Source of the DNA: Candidatus Woesearchaeota archaeon
GTDB taxonomy: Archaea; Nanobdellota; Nanobdellia; SCGC-AAA011-G17; JACPIM01
Length of the DNA: 64,000 nucleotides
Assembly: GCA_964603525.1 (NCBI GenBank)
Contig: CAZRVI010000001.1
Coordinates: 749 to 64,748 of the forward strand
Direction: 5' to 3'
Of the stretch, positions 20,335 through 29,409 are shown piece by piece (positions within the stretch are counted from its first letter, which is position 1; each line of letters opens with the position of its first letter). A program made the translations under genes and the position numbers. The notes under the pieces are model-generated. The model saw nothing but the letters and a program-made list of their open reading frames with translations. It made no database searches and was not told the DNA's origin.

Positions 20335-20426
20335 CTTAACCGGAATTTAAACTCCTCTGGTCACCCCGGAGATTAAGAGCTTCACCAAGAACTTACAGGC
20401 GCTCTAACCGGGCTGAGCTACAGGCC
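20305..20426 (-). tRNA. Intron-containing tRNA gene (about 122 nt), anticodon unresolved
   Basis: On the minus strand, the acceptor GGGCCTG pairs with CAGGCCC, the D-arm is GCTC-AGCCCGGTTA-GAGC and the T-arm is GCGGG-TTCAAAT-CCCGT. An insertion of about 45 nt sits between the D-arm and the T-arm. Confidence 0.7.
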
Positions 20427-20502
20427 CATAACTATATAAACAAAAATTAAATTTAAAAATCTTTCCAAAAAGTATATAAGGCTAAAAGTTTAGTCAAAAA
20501 CT

Positions 20503-21192
20503 ATGGAAATAGAATTATCAAAAAAACCGAGAGGTGTAACTATTATTGAAGGTTTTCCTGGATTTGGTTTGGTTAGTACTATTGCTACAGAATACTTAGT
20601 ACAGCACATGGGTGCTGAACAAATAGGTAGGATAAAAATAGAGGAAATTCCACCTGTTGTTGCTGTCCATAAAGGATGTATTGTTGAACCAATAGGTATT
20701 TTTTATTCTAAAAAATATAATATAATCATTTTGTATGCATTGGTTCCTGTAAAAGGGTATGAATGGCGGATCGCAAGTATTATAGAAAAACTTTCCAAAC
20801 AATTAGATGCTAAAGAAATAATTAGCATTGAAGGTGTTGCTGGAAGTAATGGAAAGAATATATACTATTTAACAAATAAAAAGGGCTGGTTTGGTAAATC
20901 AAATCTTAAAAGACTAAAAGAAGGCATTGTTGTTGGAGTAACTGGTGCCTTATTATTAAAGAAAAAGTTACCTGTTACTTGTATATTCGCGGAAACTAGA
21001 ACAGGTTTACCTGATTCGAGGGCAGCTGCAAAAGTTATCGAAATTCTTGATAATTATTTAAATTTAAAAATAGATTACAAGCCCTTGATAAAGAAGGCTG
21101 AGGAGTTTGAAGGAAAGATTAGAAACCTTATTTCTAAAAGCAAGTCTGTAATAAAACAAAAAGAAAAAAAAGAGTTAAGTTATTTTGGTTAA
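20503..21192 (+). CDS. PAC2-family (proteasome-assembly-chaperone-like) protein
   Basis: GFPGFGLVSTIATEYLV resembles the N-terminal motif of PAC2/COG1938. Confidence 0.55.
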   Translation: MEIELSKKPRGVTIIEGFPGFGLVSTIATEYLVQHMGAEQIGRIKIEEIPPVVAVHKGCIVEPIGIFYSKKYNIIILYALVPVKGYEWRIASIIEKLSKQLDAKEIISIEGVAGSNGKNIYYLTNKKGWFGKSNLKRLKEGIVVGVTGALLLKKKLPVTCIFAETRTGLPDSRAAAKVIEILDNYLNLKIDYKPLIKKAEEFEGKIRNLISKSKSVIKQKEKKELSYFG

Positions 21193-21200
21193 TTAAACAA

Positions 21201-21959
21201 TCAAATTAAGGACCAAATTATTAATGCAAATGCTATTGCTATTAAAATAACCCCTATTATTCTATAAGCATTATTTGAAATTAATTTTAGTAAATTAATT
21301 CCTATTCTCCTAGTGTATTTAGGGGTTATTAACCAGAATAATCCCTCAATTCCTATCAATATTCCTATTACAATCAATATCCATGCTGGTGCCATTTTAT
21401 CTCCTCCTCTTAAATAGCCTAAAGATTTACAATAACCATTATAGCAGTAATTGGTTAAACATTCATAATTTTCTTTACATTTTTCTTTATATTGTTTTCT
21501 TGCAACCCATGATAAACCATCGCAATAAGATAGTTTTCCATTATAAACTTCTAGAGAACCTTTTGGTTTGCATTGGTTATTTATTGGGCATCCTTGTTGT
21601 TTTTTATGTTTGCAATATCTTAATTCGCAATAATCCTTTGTACAAGCTACATTGTCATTACAATCTGCATCAATTAAACATTCTGCTGTTTGCTCTATAT
21701 CTATTTTTGCTGTTCCGGTACCAATATCAGAATCTAATAAAGTTATTTTAACGCCATAAATTTCTGTTGAAGAACCATAAGAGATTAATTGATCTACTTC
21801 ATTTACTTTTAGATAAACAGAGCCGCCTGTTCCGATACTTATTAATCTTATTGGATAAATTTTATAAAACAGGGTTTTATCTTTTTGTAAGGTAAATTCT
21901 TCTGCAGCTACTAAAGGAACTATAAACATTAATAATATAATTAAAAACAATTTTTTCAT
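21201..21959 (-). CDS. Secreted cysteine-rich protein with signal peptide and C-terminal TM anchor
   Basis: It starts with the signal peptide MKKLFLIILLMFIVPLVAA. A block with more than 20 Cys follows (CTKDYCELRYC...CYNGYC), then a C-terminal TM. Confidence 0.5.
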   Translation of the reverse strand: MKKLFLIILLMFIVPLVAAEEFTLQKDKTLFYKIYPIRLISIGTGGSVYLKVNEVDQLISYGSSTEIYGVKITLLDSDIGTGTAKIDIEQTAECLIDADCNDNVACTKDYCELRYCKHKKQQGCPINNQCKPKGSLEVYNGKLSYCDGLSWVARKQYKEKCKENYECLTNYCYNGYCKSLGYLRGGDKMAPAWILIVIGILIGIEGLFWLITPKYTRRIGINLLKLISNNAYRIIGVILIAIAFALIIWSLI

Positions 21960-21990
21960 AACTAACTTAAGAATTGATAATTTTAAATAA

Positions 21991-22305
21991 TTAACGTTTT
22001 TTCTTTATTATTTTTGTTGGCGTTTCTTTCAAGGAGGAAATAATCCCCTCTAATTCCCTTAATCTTGCTTCGTGACCCTCGAGGATGTATTCATAAGCAT
22101 TGTGTCTTGATTTTATTTTTGTGAAAGACCTTTTTATGTTGACTTTATGCTGTTTAAATTTATCTACTAAAAGTCTAAAAGCTGTGCTTCTTGCTAAAAA
22201 CCAATCTCCTATCCCCATGGATTTAAATAAAAAATCTTGTTTTAAAAAGATTTTGTGTAACTTAAAAATAGTTTTGGGACTCTCATTTACAAAACTTTTA
22301 AACAA
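21991..22305 (-). CDS. Hypothetical protein
   Basis: ORF only. Confidence 0.25.
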   Translation of the reverse strand: MFKSFVNESPKTIFKLHKIFLKQDFLFKSMGIGDWFLARSTAFRLLVDKFKQHKVNIKRSFTKIKSRHNAYEYILEGHEARLRELEGIISSLKETPTKIIKKKR

Positions 22306-22436
22306 TGCTAAAATGTTTTATTATTAATATTTCTTAGCAAAGATTAAATATTATAAACATATTCGCTTATTAAAACATTTTATCAAAAATTATAAAATAT
22401 AAAAACAAAAGAAATAAATTTATTGTTAAAGGTTTA

Positions 22437-22580
22437 TCGTCTTTTTTTCTTCTTTTTGGCTTTTTTCTTCTTTTTTCCGCCACGGGCCATCTTTGCTTCA
22501 CAAACATTTCCTTTTCCGTCAACATAGTAAAGGTAGCCTTTTTTTCTTTTAACAACGTTCTTTACAATTATTCTTCCCAT
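22437..22580 (-). CDS. Small basic protein (47 aa) with a poly-Lys tail, possibly nucleic-acid binding
   Basis: A manual translation gives MGRIIVKNVVKRKKGYLYYVDGKGNVCEAKMARGGKKKKKAKKKKKRR. An AGGAGGTT Shine-Dalgarno lies 5 nt upstream. It is below the 60-aa ORF-track cutoff. Confidence 0.35.
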
Positions 22581-22660
22581 TTTTAACCTCCTTTTTATTA
22601 ATTAAATTTAATTTTATAGAGGAGAGACTGGTATTTAAAGCTTTCCGTCGAGAAACTGCT

Positions 22661-23496
22661 TTATAAGTTATCCAAAGGAGATTTTACTTTTTTTAACATT
22701 TCTGTTGAAACTTTGGTATATCTTTCTGTAGTAGATATAGAAACATGTCCTAACAAAGTTTGTATAACCCTTATATCAGTTCCAGACTCAAGAAGATGTG
22801 TTGCAAAACTGCTTCTTAAGGCATGACAGAATACTTTTTTCTTAATTCCTGCTTTTTTTGCTGCTTCAGAAACAATTCTTTGAGCCATTCTTACAGACAA
22901 ATGTTCTCCTTCAAATAAACCATTAAATAAATATTCCGATTCTTGTTTTCTATATTTTAAATAGTTTTTAATATGTTCAACCAAAGAATCTGATAAGATT
23001 ATAAGCCTGTCTTTTTTTCCTTTACCTGCAATAACCCTTCCAATCTTCTCATTTAAATCTAAATTATTTATTTTTATAGAAACTGCTTCAGAGACACGAA
23101 GTCCTGAAGAATAGAGAAACTCTATTAATAACCTATGTTTTTTGTTTTTTACAACACTTATCAATCTTTTAATTTCTTCTTTGGTTAATACAACAGGGAT
23201 TTTTTTTTCTTGCTTAGGAATCTTTATATTATTAAATCTTTTTTTTAAGACCTCCTCATAAAAGAATTTTAGTGCTGATAAAGTAAGAGCTAGTGTGGAT
23301 GGTTTTTTTTTAGTTTCTATTAAATATGAAATATACTTCTTAATATCTTGTTCTCCTATTTTTTTAGGATCTTTTTTAATAAAGTCTAAGAAAAGCTTAT
23401 TTCTTTTAAGATAAGTTTTAATTGTTATTGGAGTAAAACCCCTTAGTTTTAATTCTGTTTCAAGAGCATTTAAAATAATAACCCCTCCTTTTTTAG
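22661..23496 (-). CDS. xerA: XerA-like tyrosine recombinase; the frame is open upstream of the annotated Met and has no canonical in-frame start
   Basis: The C-terminus has the catalytic HALR...LGH...ERY motifs. The same frame continues upstream with no stop to 23496 and encodes a core-binding domain (ALETELKLRGFTPITIKTYL...TLALTLSALKFFY). The total is about 278 aa. Confidence 0.65.
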
Positions 23497-23548
23497 GAAA
23501 TATCCCTTAGATAAGCTATTTTTAAGATAAAAGCCCTTATTAATAAAT

Positions 23549-23576
23549 GTTTCGTATAAGGTATATTATACGAACC
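23549..23576. other. dif-like recombination site candidate: 11-bp inverted arms around a 6-bp spacer
   Basis: GTTTCGTATAA-GGTATA-TTATACGAACC. The arms match at 10 of 11 positions. It sits about 55 bp upstream of the xerA-like gene. Confidence 0.4.
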
Positions 23577-23763
23577 TCTTGTTTATTTCATAAACTAGCT
23601 ACACTGAAGTCTTTAAAGTTTATATTAAATGTTGTGATTTCTAAATACTACTTATTCAAGTAATAATTTTAAGTTTCACCAAAATAATAAAACCAAACCT
23701 TTAAAAGGGGGTTATAGGTTTATTTAAACTATTAATTTAAAATTAAGTGGAGGAAAATCATAA

Positions 23764-23982
23764 ATGGAAGGAACTGTTAAATGGTTTAACAGGGACAAAG
23801 GATTTGGCTTTATCCAAAGCGATGATGGAAAGGACGTTTTTGTGCATCATTCAGCTGTACAACCTGGGACGTTTATTAGGGAAGGGGATAGAGTATCATT
23901 TGAACTTGTTAAAACTGAAAAAGGAATGCAAGCTAAAGATGTTAAATTGCTTCAAAAAGGCAGTGAAATAAAGAAGTTATGA
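23764..23982 (+). CDS. csp: Cold-shock protein (CspA family)
   Basis: GTVKWFNRDKGFGFI with the RNP1 and RNP2 motifs, 72 aa. Confidence 0.85.
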   Translation: MEGTVKWFNRDKGFGFIQSDDGKDVFVHHSAVQPGTFIREGDRVSFELVKTEKGMQAKDVKLLQKGSEIKKL

Positions 23983-24386
23983 GAAAGCAATGGTTAAATT
24001 CTATTAAATTTTATTTTTTATTAAATTAATAGAGTAATCATTATAACATTAGTGTATTAGAAAATATTTAATCAAAGCTTAAAAGTTTTAGGTTTTAAAT
24101 AACTACTAATATGTAATCTGTACAACAAAAATGTTTAAATTAACAATTGGAAAGGCTTAAGTTATAAGTTGGTTAATAAATACTTTTGTATTAATATAAT
24201 TAAATAACACCTTACACTACAGGTCTTAATAGTAGAAGTTTATTGTTTTTAGGATAGAAAAATTTATTAATAGGTAATTTTGGAGAAAAGAAATGTTGTA
24301 ATAGTTTAATAAGTGGTCTTTGGCATTATTTAAAAAGACAGGTTTTTTAAAATTTTAAAATTAAATGGTTTAATGAAGGTGATTTA

Positions 24387-24647
24387 ATGGAGATAGTAAA
24401 AAATCTTGAAAGAAGGGTGGAACTTAAGGAAAAGATCTTTTTAATTAAGAGAACATTAAATGATGCTGATAAAAGATTATTGGAACATTTATCTACGAGT
24501 TCTGTAAGGAGACATGGGATTAGAATAGATGTCATAGAAGGAGAGGATAGCCTAAAGGTTAGATATACTGGAATTGGACCTTCTCCAAAGTATGAAGAAG
24601 CAAATTATAGATTGAAATTCTTTTTAAGAGAAAGGGCGTTAATATAA
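24387..24647 (+). CDS. Hypothetical protein
   Basis: ORF only. Confidence 0.25.
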   Translation: MEIVKNLERRVELKEKIFLIKRTLNDADKRLLEHLSTSSVRRHGIRIDVIEGEDSLKVRYTGIGPSPKYEEANYRLKFFLRERALI

Positions 24648-24661
24648 AACCTCATTAATAA

Positions 24662-25228
24662 TTATTTAAGTTTGTTTTTAATTTTAATTTCTTTTTTAGG
24701 AAGCAAGTTCTTTGCTTTTTTAGTAAGAGATAAATGAATCTCTCTACCTTTTCTCTTTTTTTGTAATAAATTGAGTTGTAATAATGTGTCAGTGTACGAG
24801 GAAACCATTGATTTTATAAGATTATAATCTTTATTTGGATATAGGTCTTGTGCCAAGATTTTCATTGCAACCCAATCCTCACTCATCTCTTTAGATAAAA
24901 CTTTTAGCCTTAGTAGGATACTTTTCTGTAGATTAGTTAAGTTGTCAAGCAAGCTTATTTTTTGAGTTAGAAAAGGTTCGATTTCCTCAAAATCAATTTC
25001 TTTTTTTATTTTAATTGCTAAGCCTTGTTGATCTTGTTGAAGTTTTTGGGTGAGATTATTTATTTTTGTTAATAAGATATCATGATTATCAAGTCTAAAT
25101 TTAAGATGATTAATGTCTTTTTTAACATTATTAAAAGAGAGTTTTATTCCTGCGTCTAATTTATCTACAACCCTTTTTATTTCTTCTATGGTAGAAGCTT
25201 TGGATTTTCTTTTAAAAAACCACCACAT
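24662..25228 (-). CDS. Coiled-coil protein with a C-terminal wHTH-like segment
   Basis: Heptad-like region followed by ...KGREIHLSLTKKAKNLL. Confidence 0.3.
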   Translation of the reverse strand: MWWFFKRKSKASTIEEIKRVVDKLDAGIKLSFNNVKKDINHLKFRLDNHDILLTKINNLTQKLQQDQQGLAIKIKKEIDFEEIEPFLTQKISLLDNLTNLQKSILLRLKVLSKEMSEDWVAMKILAQDLYPNKDYNLIKSMVSSYTDTLLQLNLLQKKRKGREIHLSLTKKAKNLLPKKEIKIKNKLK

Positions 25229-25303
25229 TTTTATTAAATTAGATAATAAAGTAGAATATATATGTTTCTATTTATTCTTTTTCTAGATTAACGGTTCATA
25301 AAC

Positions 25304-25336
25304 TGTTCAGTGAATCCGGTGAACGTTCACTGAACA
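25304..25336. repeat. Perfect 11-bp inverted repeat with an 11-nt spacer
   Basis: TGTTCAGTGAA-TCCGGTGAACG-TTCACTGAACA. It lies just 3' of the stop of the 25340..25909 gene, in a locally GC-richer patch. Confidence 0.5.
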
Positions 25337-25339
25337 ATA

Positions 25340-25909
25340 TTAGATTAAAGTGGTTTGTTCAGGATCCATATTTTGGTAATATAGGTTGATTAATTTTTGT
25401 TCGGAAATTAACTTTTTAAACTCATTATTAACGGATAAAATAACTTTTCTATTGTTTAGTTTGCGTTTTATCAAAGGTATTTTTTTCCTAATAAGTTCAC
25501 TTACATAACTCCTTACACAACTTAAAGTGAGAGATAATTTTTGCGCTATTTGAGTATATGTAATTGATTTTGATTGAAAAATTGTTAGAAAAACGAGAAA
25601 TTCTTTATTTGTGAGAGTTTGAAGGGTTTTTTCCAATTCAAAAGAGGGTTGAAGAGTGAGTGATTGATTAGTGATTGATTGATTGATTAGTGATTGATTG
25701 ATTGATTGGACCCCTTTATTTCTTATGGAAAATATTTCTTGTGGAAATTTTTTAGGAGAAATTGGAATATTATTGAACAATCTTAGGGTTTTTTTAATTT
25801 CGTCTAATTTTGCTGTATTTTGGCTTATTTTTGATTCTAGCTCTAAAAAGTGAGACTTTATTTTATTAAAGGACATGATTAAGGCTTTTTTTGATATTTT
25901 TTTATTCAT
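25340..25909 (-). CDS. Repeat-containing putative transcription regulator (Q/S-rich repeats plus a C-terminal wHTH)
   Basis: (S/T)xNQS repeats (NQSLINQSITNQSLTLQ) are encoded by a TGATTGAT microsatellite. The C-terminus reads ITYTQIAQKLSLTLSCVRSYVSELIRKK. Confidence 0.4.
   Translation of the reverse strand: MNKKISKKALIMSFNKIKSHFLELESKISQNTAKLDEIKKTLRLFNNIPISPKKFPQEIFSIRNKGVQSINQSLINQSITNQSLTLQPSFELEKTLQTLTNKEFLVFLTIFQSKSITYTQIAQKLSLTLSCVRSYVSELIRKKIPLIKRKLNNRKVILSVNNEFKKLISEQKLINLYYQNMDPEQTTLI
25657..25712. repeat. Intragenic tandem repeat of the (TGATTGAT/TAG)n type
   Basis: gtgagtgattgattagtgattgattgattgattagtgattgattgattgattgg. Confidence 0.6.
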
Positions 25910-26000
25910 ATATTCTTTAAAAAAGGGGTTTTATAAATAAATTATTGGATTTCAAAATATTAATTGAAGTATTAAGTGAGTGTTTAGAATGCGTTTAGGA

Positions 26001-26026
26001 AGTGATTGATTAGTGATTGATTGATT
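26001..26026. repeat. Second copy of the TGATTGATTAGTGATTGATTGATT motif, upstream of the same gene
   Basis: agtgattgattagtgattgattgatt lies about 95 bp upstream of the start at 25909. Confidence 0.55.
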
Positions 26027-26302
26027 TTAAGAGGTTAATAATTGTTTATATGCTTTGTAAGTTTGGGAATTTAATGTCCAACGCCTCCATTTACTGTATT
26101 TGTGACCTTTTGGAGATTTATCAATTTCAATGATAAGTCTCTCTTTTTTGAGTTCAAAAAGAAGTTTTTTAATAAATTCTTCATCTCTGATGAGATTATA
26201 AGCAATTTCACTTGTAAACATTGGTTTTAGATTATTAGAAAACAAAAGTGAGAGTATTTCCTCCTTAATCTTCTTGATTTTTTTTTCTGAGAGTTTTGAC
26301 AT
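26027..26302 (-). CDS. Small hypothetical protein (possibly wHTH)
   Basis: ORF, 91 aa. Confidence 0.25.
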   Translation of the reverse strand: MSKLSEKKIKKIKEEILSLLFSNNLKPMFTSEIAYNLIRDEEFIKKLLFELKKERLIIEIDKSPKGHKYSKWRRWTLNSQTYKAYKQLLTS

Positions 26303-26348
26303 ATAGTTAAAAATTAATAAGAATATTTAAAGTATTCGGTTAAGGTTA

Positions 26349-26780
26349 TTACCTAATATAATCTTTAGGGTTTGCATTCGGGGCTATAATTGGCATTCTT
26401 ATATGAGGTGGTAGGTTTATATCTTCAGCAAGAGCAATTGCTTTTATTGAAGCCCTATATAAAATAGTATTAATTATTTGCTCTGTTACTTCTTTTGGCA
26501 TTGTTTTTTTCTTTTCCCAGTTTGTTATTATATCCTTAAGAAGTTTGGGATCATCCATATAATAAATAAACCCTTTTAGACGAATGTTTCCTATATCCGG
26601 AGTGTAGTCTAAGTTAAAATCAAAATCGAATCTTAAACCATCTGCTTTTGTTTTTCCGGTTGGTAATTTCTCTTCTTTGATATCAACAATGTTTACTTTG
26701 CTTTTGATCTGTAATTTACCTGTTATAACTTTCTTTTTCTCAGAATGTATATGTGTAAAATTGAATCCAACTATAGGCAT
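26349..26780 (-). CDS. Hypothetical protein
   Basis: ORF, 143 aa. Confidence 0.25.
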   Translation of the reverse strand: MPIVGFNFTHIHSEKKKVITGKLQIKSKVNIVDIKEEKLPTGKTKADGLRFDFDFNLDYTPDIGNIRLKGFIYYMDDPKLLKDIITNWEKKKTMPKEVTEQIINTILYRASIKAIALAEDINLPPHIRMPIIAPNANPKDYIR

Positions 26781-26804
26781 TGTATTGGTTTTAGAATATT
26801 TATT

Positions 26805-28655
26805 TTATTTAAAGGTTTTGATTTTATTATAGATTCTTGATTTCCCTTTCCAATCAAAAGCATATTTTAAAACTTCTTTTATATTATTAACAGGGATTAT
26901 TTTGACTTTTTTAAGTTTATTTTTGGGAATTATTATATCTTTTTCATTTGCATGAGGTATTATGATTTTTTTAATTCCTGCTTCTATTGCTGCTTCTATT
27001 TTTGCTGAAATTCCTCCAACAGGAAGGACATCTCCTCTTACGGAAAGAGAGCCAGTAAAAGCAATGTTTTGATAGATTGGAATTTTCTTTAGGGCAGATA
27101 TTATAGCTACTGCAACAGCAATGGATGCTGAATCACCTTCTACCCCTGTTTGAGAAGTTTGTAAAAATTGAACAAAAATATCGTATTTTTCTTTTATATC
27201 TTCTCCAAAATATTTTAAGATTATAGCTGAAACATTTTTAACAGCTTCTTTTGCTATTTTTCCTAATTGGCCTGTAGCTATTATTTCTGCTTTTTTTCCA
27301 CCAGGTGTTACTTCAGATTCTATTGGGAGAACAATTCCCGAATAAGAAAACTCTGATCCCAATATTGCTAACCCATTAACTCTCCCTATTAGTTTCCCTT
27401 TTGTTATAATAACTTCATATTTCTTTTTATTTTCTATAAATTTATCAGCTATCTGGTGTTCTAAAGTTCTTGCCAACCTTTTTGCTTGTAGAACATGCTT
27501 CTTTTGTACAAGATCTGAAGATTGTTCTATAGCGAGATCACCTGCTGCCCTTATTAACCCCCCTAATTCTCTTAATCTTAATGTTAACTTGTTTGAAACG
27601 CCTGCCCTTTTTCTTGCTTCTTGTATTATTTCTTGAACAGCTTGTTTTGAAAAGTGTGGTATTTTTCCGTCTTTCACAACTTCTTGTGCTACAAATCTTG
27701 CAATTTTTCTTCTGTTTTCAGGAGTGTCTTCCATATTGTTATTCATGTAAATTTCATAGCCATAACCCCTAATCCTTGATCTTAATGCTGGATGCATTTT
27801 TTGTATAGTCTTTATGTTTCCTGCTGCTACAAGGATGAAATCACAAGGTACTGGTTCGGACCTTACCATTGCTCCAGAAGATCTTTCTGATTGCCCAGTT
27901 ATAGGATATTTTTTTTCTTGGATTGCTGTTAATAATTCTTGTTGTGACTCTTGTTTTAAATTTGCTATTTCATCTATAAACAAAACACCCTTATTTGATC
28001 TATGAATCATTCCAGGAACAAGCCTTTGATATGCTGGAGTACCTAAACCTCCTGATTGCAAAGGGTCATGCAAAACATCCCCTAAAAGAGCCCCTGCATG
28101 TGCTCCAGTTGCATCATGAAAAGGTACTTTTTCTGTTTCTGAATTATCTACTAATATTTTAGGGACCTTTTCTTTTGTTATTTTTTTACTTAAATTAACA
28201 AATATAACAAATATCCCTAAGAATATCATGGAGCCAATTAAAGCTGCTGCAGCCATGATATCACCATATTCTTTTCTAATCCACCAAGGAGTTATCATAG
28301 ATAGAATAACAAAAAAGAATATTAGTAAAAATTGTTTTTTAAATAAAGTTTTGGAACTTAATTTTTCTTTTAAAATAATTTTTTTTGCTTCACCAGCAGG
28401 TACTGTTTTGATTGCTGGTTTATTTTCATCTGAAGGATTATTATAAGAAATTATATCTTTTAGTTCTTCTTTTGGTAGTAATTCTGCTAATGCTTGTCCT
28501 AACATTGATTTTCCTGTTCCTGGTTCTCCTATCAACAAAGCATGTCTTCTTTGTTTTGCTGCTTTTTTGATTAATTCTAATGCATTATCTTGCCCAATAA
28601 TTTTTTCTGCTATTGTATTAGGTACTTTGATATCTTTGGTTGTATTAAATTTCAT
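26805..28655 (-). CDS. lonB: Archaeal membrane-bound Lon protease (LonB)
   Basis: Has GEPGTGKS Walker A and a TM insertion within the AAA module. The C-terminal protease domain has the Ser-Lys dyad region ([16 protein letters not shown]). Confidence 0.9.
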   Translation of the reverse strand: MKFNTTKDIKVPNTIAEKIIGQDNALELIKKAAKQRRHALLIGEPGTGKSMLGQALAELLPKEELKDIISYNNPSDENKPAIKTVPAGEAKKIILKEKLSSKTLFKKQFLLIFFFVILSMITPWWIRKEYGDIMAAAALIGSMIFLGIFVIFVNLSKKITKEKVPKILVDNSETEKVPFHDATGAHAGALLGDVLHDPLQSGGLGTPAYQRLVPGMIHRSNKGVLFIDEIANLKQESQQELLTAIQEKKYPITGQSERSSGAMVRSEPVPCDFILVAAGNIKTIQKMHPALRSRIRGYGYEIYMNNNMEDTPENRRKIARFVAQEVVKDGKIPHFSKQAVQEIIQEARKRAGVSNKLTLRLRELGGLIRAAGDLAIEQSSDLVQKKHVLQAKRLARTLEHQIADKFIENKKKYEVIITKGKLIGRVNGLAILGSEFSYSGIVLPIESEVTPGGKKAEIIATGQLGKIAKEAVKNVSAIILKYFGEDIKEKYDIFVQFLQTSQTGVEGDSASIAVAVAIISALKKIPIYQNIAFTGSLSVRGDVLPVGGISAKIEAAIEAGIKKIIIPHANEKDIIIPKNKLKKVKIIPVNNIKEVLKYAFDWKGKSRIYNKIKTFK

Positions 28656-28693
28656 AGTCTTAGTATAGAACGTAAAAATTTAAAAAATTTGCC

Positions 28694-28957
28694 TTAAATA
28701 ATGTCTTCTTCAGAAACAACTACAAAATCACCTACAGCTATTACAGCTGAAAAAGGAATAGTTAGGTTATTATTCTGGTCTTTTTCTAGTTCAAGACCTT
28801 CAGCATAAGATGTCGGATTTTTAAGTATTATTTGTATTAGCTCTCCTGTTCTTGTTTCAAAAGAAATGTTTCCTACTTCCCCAAATTTTTTCCCTGATTT
28901 TGTAACTACTGTTTTGCCTAAGATTTGTTTTGAATATTTTTTTTCTTCTTCAACCAT
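28694..28957 (-). CDS. PRC-barrel domain protein
   Basis: GKTVVTKSGKKFGEVGNISFE...IPFSAVIAVGDFVVV. Confidence 0.55.
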   Translation of the reverse strand: MVEEEKKYSKQILGKTVVTKSGKKFGEVGNISFETRTGELIQIILKNPTSYAEGLELEKDQNNNLTIPFSAVIAVGDFVVVSEEDII

Positions 28958-29409
28958 TTTAATTAATTAATTAAACTAAGTTGTTTATAAACTTTTCTTT
29001 ATTTAAAAGCGAGTATTGATGTATGTATTTTGAAGGGGGGACCCACACCTTTGTTTCAGATGGAACTTTATTTAGAGAATTATGGAAATTTTTGTTTTAA
29101 ATAAAAATTATTAGGTTATTTTTAGGTTAAGAATTTAAATATTGATTTTAGGGGTTTTTGAAATTATTATTTTTATATAGTAGTAATATAAAAATTATAA
29201 ATAAATTATAAATATTTCTATAATATAATTATATCTTCTATCTTATAATCTTTTTAAACATATATTTTTAATATTTTATTTTATATTTATACTATGGTCT
29301 TATAATTTTTGAAAAAATCTATTAAACTTTTTCTATAGGAAATAATGGTCTGGGTGTATATTTTCTTTTGTAAAAATCTTTAAATATAAATTGTTTTTAT
29401 AAGCCCTTT
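28958..29409. other. Candidate replication origin (oriC): AT-rich intergenic region upstream of orc1/cdc6 containing an ORB-like element
   Basis: 452-bp intergenic region with long A/T runs. 29032-29066 reads GTTCCATCTGAAACAAAGGTGTGGGTCCCCCC on the minus strand, close to the ORB consensus GTTCCAGTGGAAAC..GGGG with its G-string. Confidence 0.5.

Noticed and set aside
22661-23164. A prophage or plasmid integrase marking a mobile element, based on the ORF-track call of a 167-aa C-terminal fragment.
   Set aside because: The frame is open upstream and gives a Xer-length protein of about 278 aa. A dif-like 11-6-11 palindrome is adjacent. No att direct repeat of the nearby tRNA was found. A chromosomal XerA is the more conservative call.
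23747-23971. An ORF overlapping csp in another frame.
   Set aside because: The CspA-frame ORF 23764..23982 has perfect cold-shock-domain motifs. The overlapping frame is spurious.
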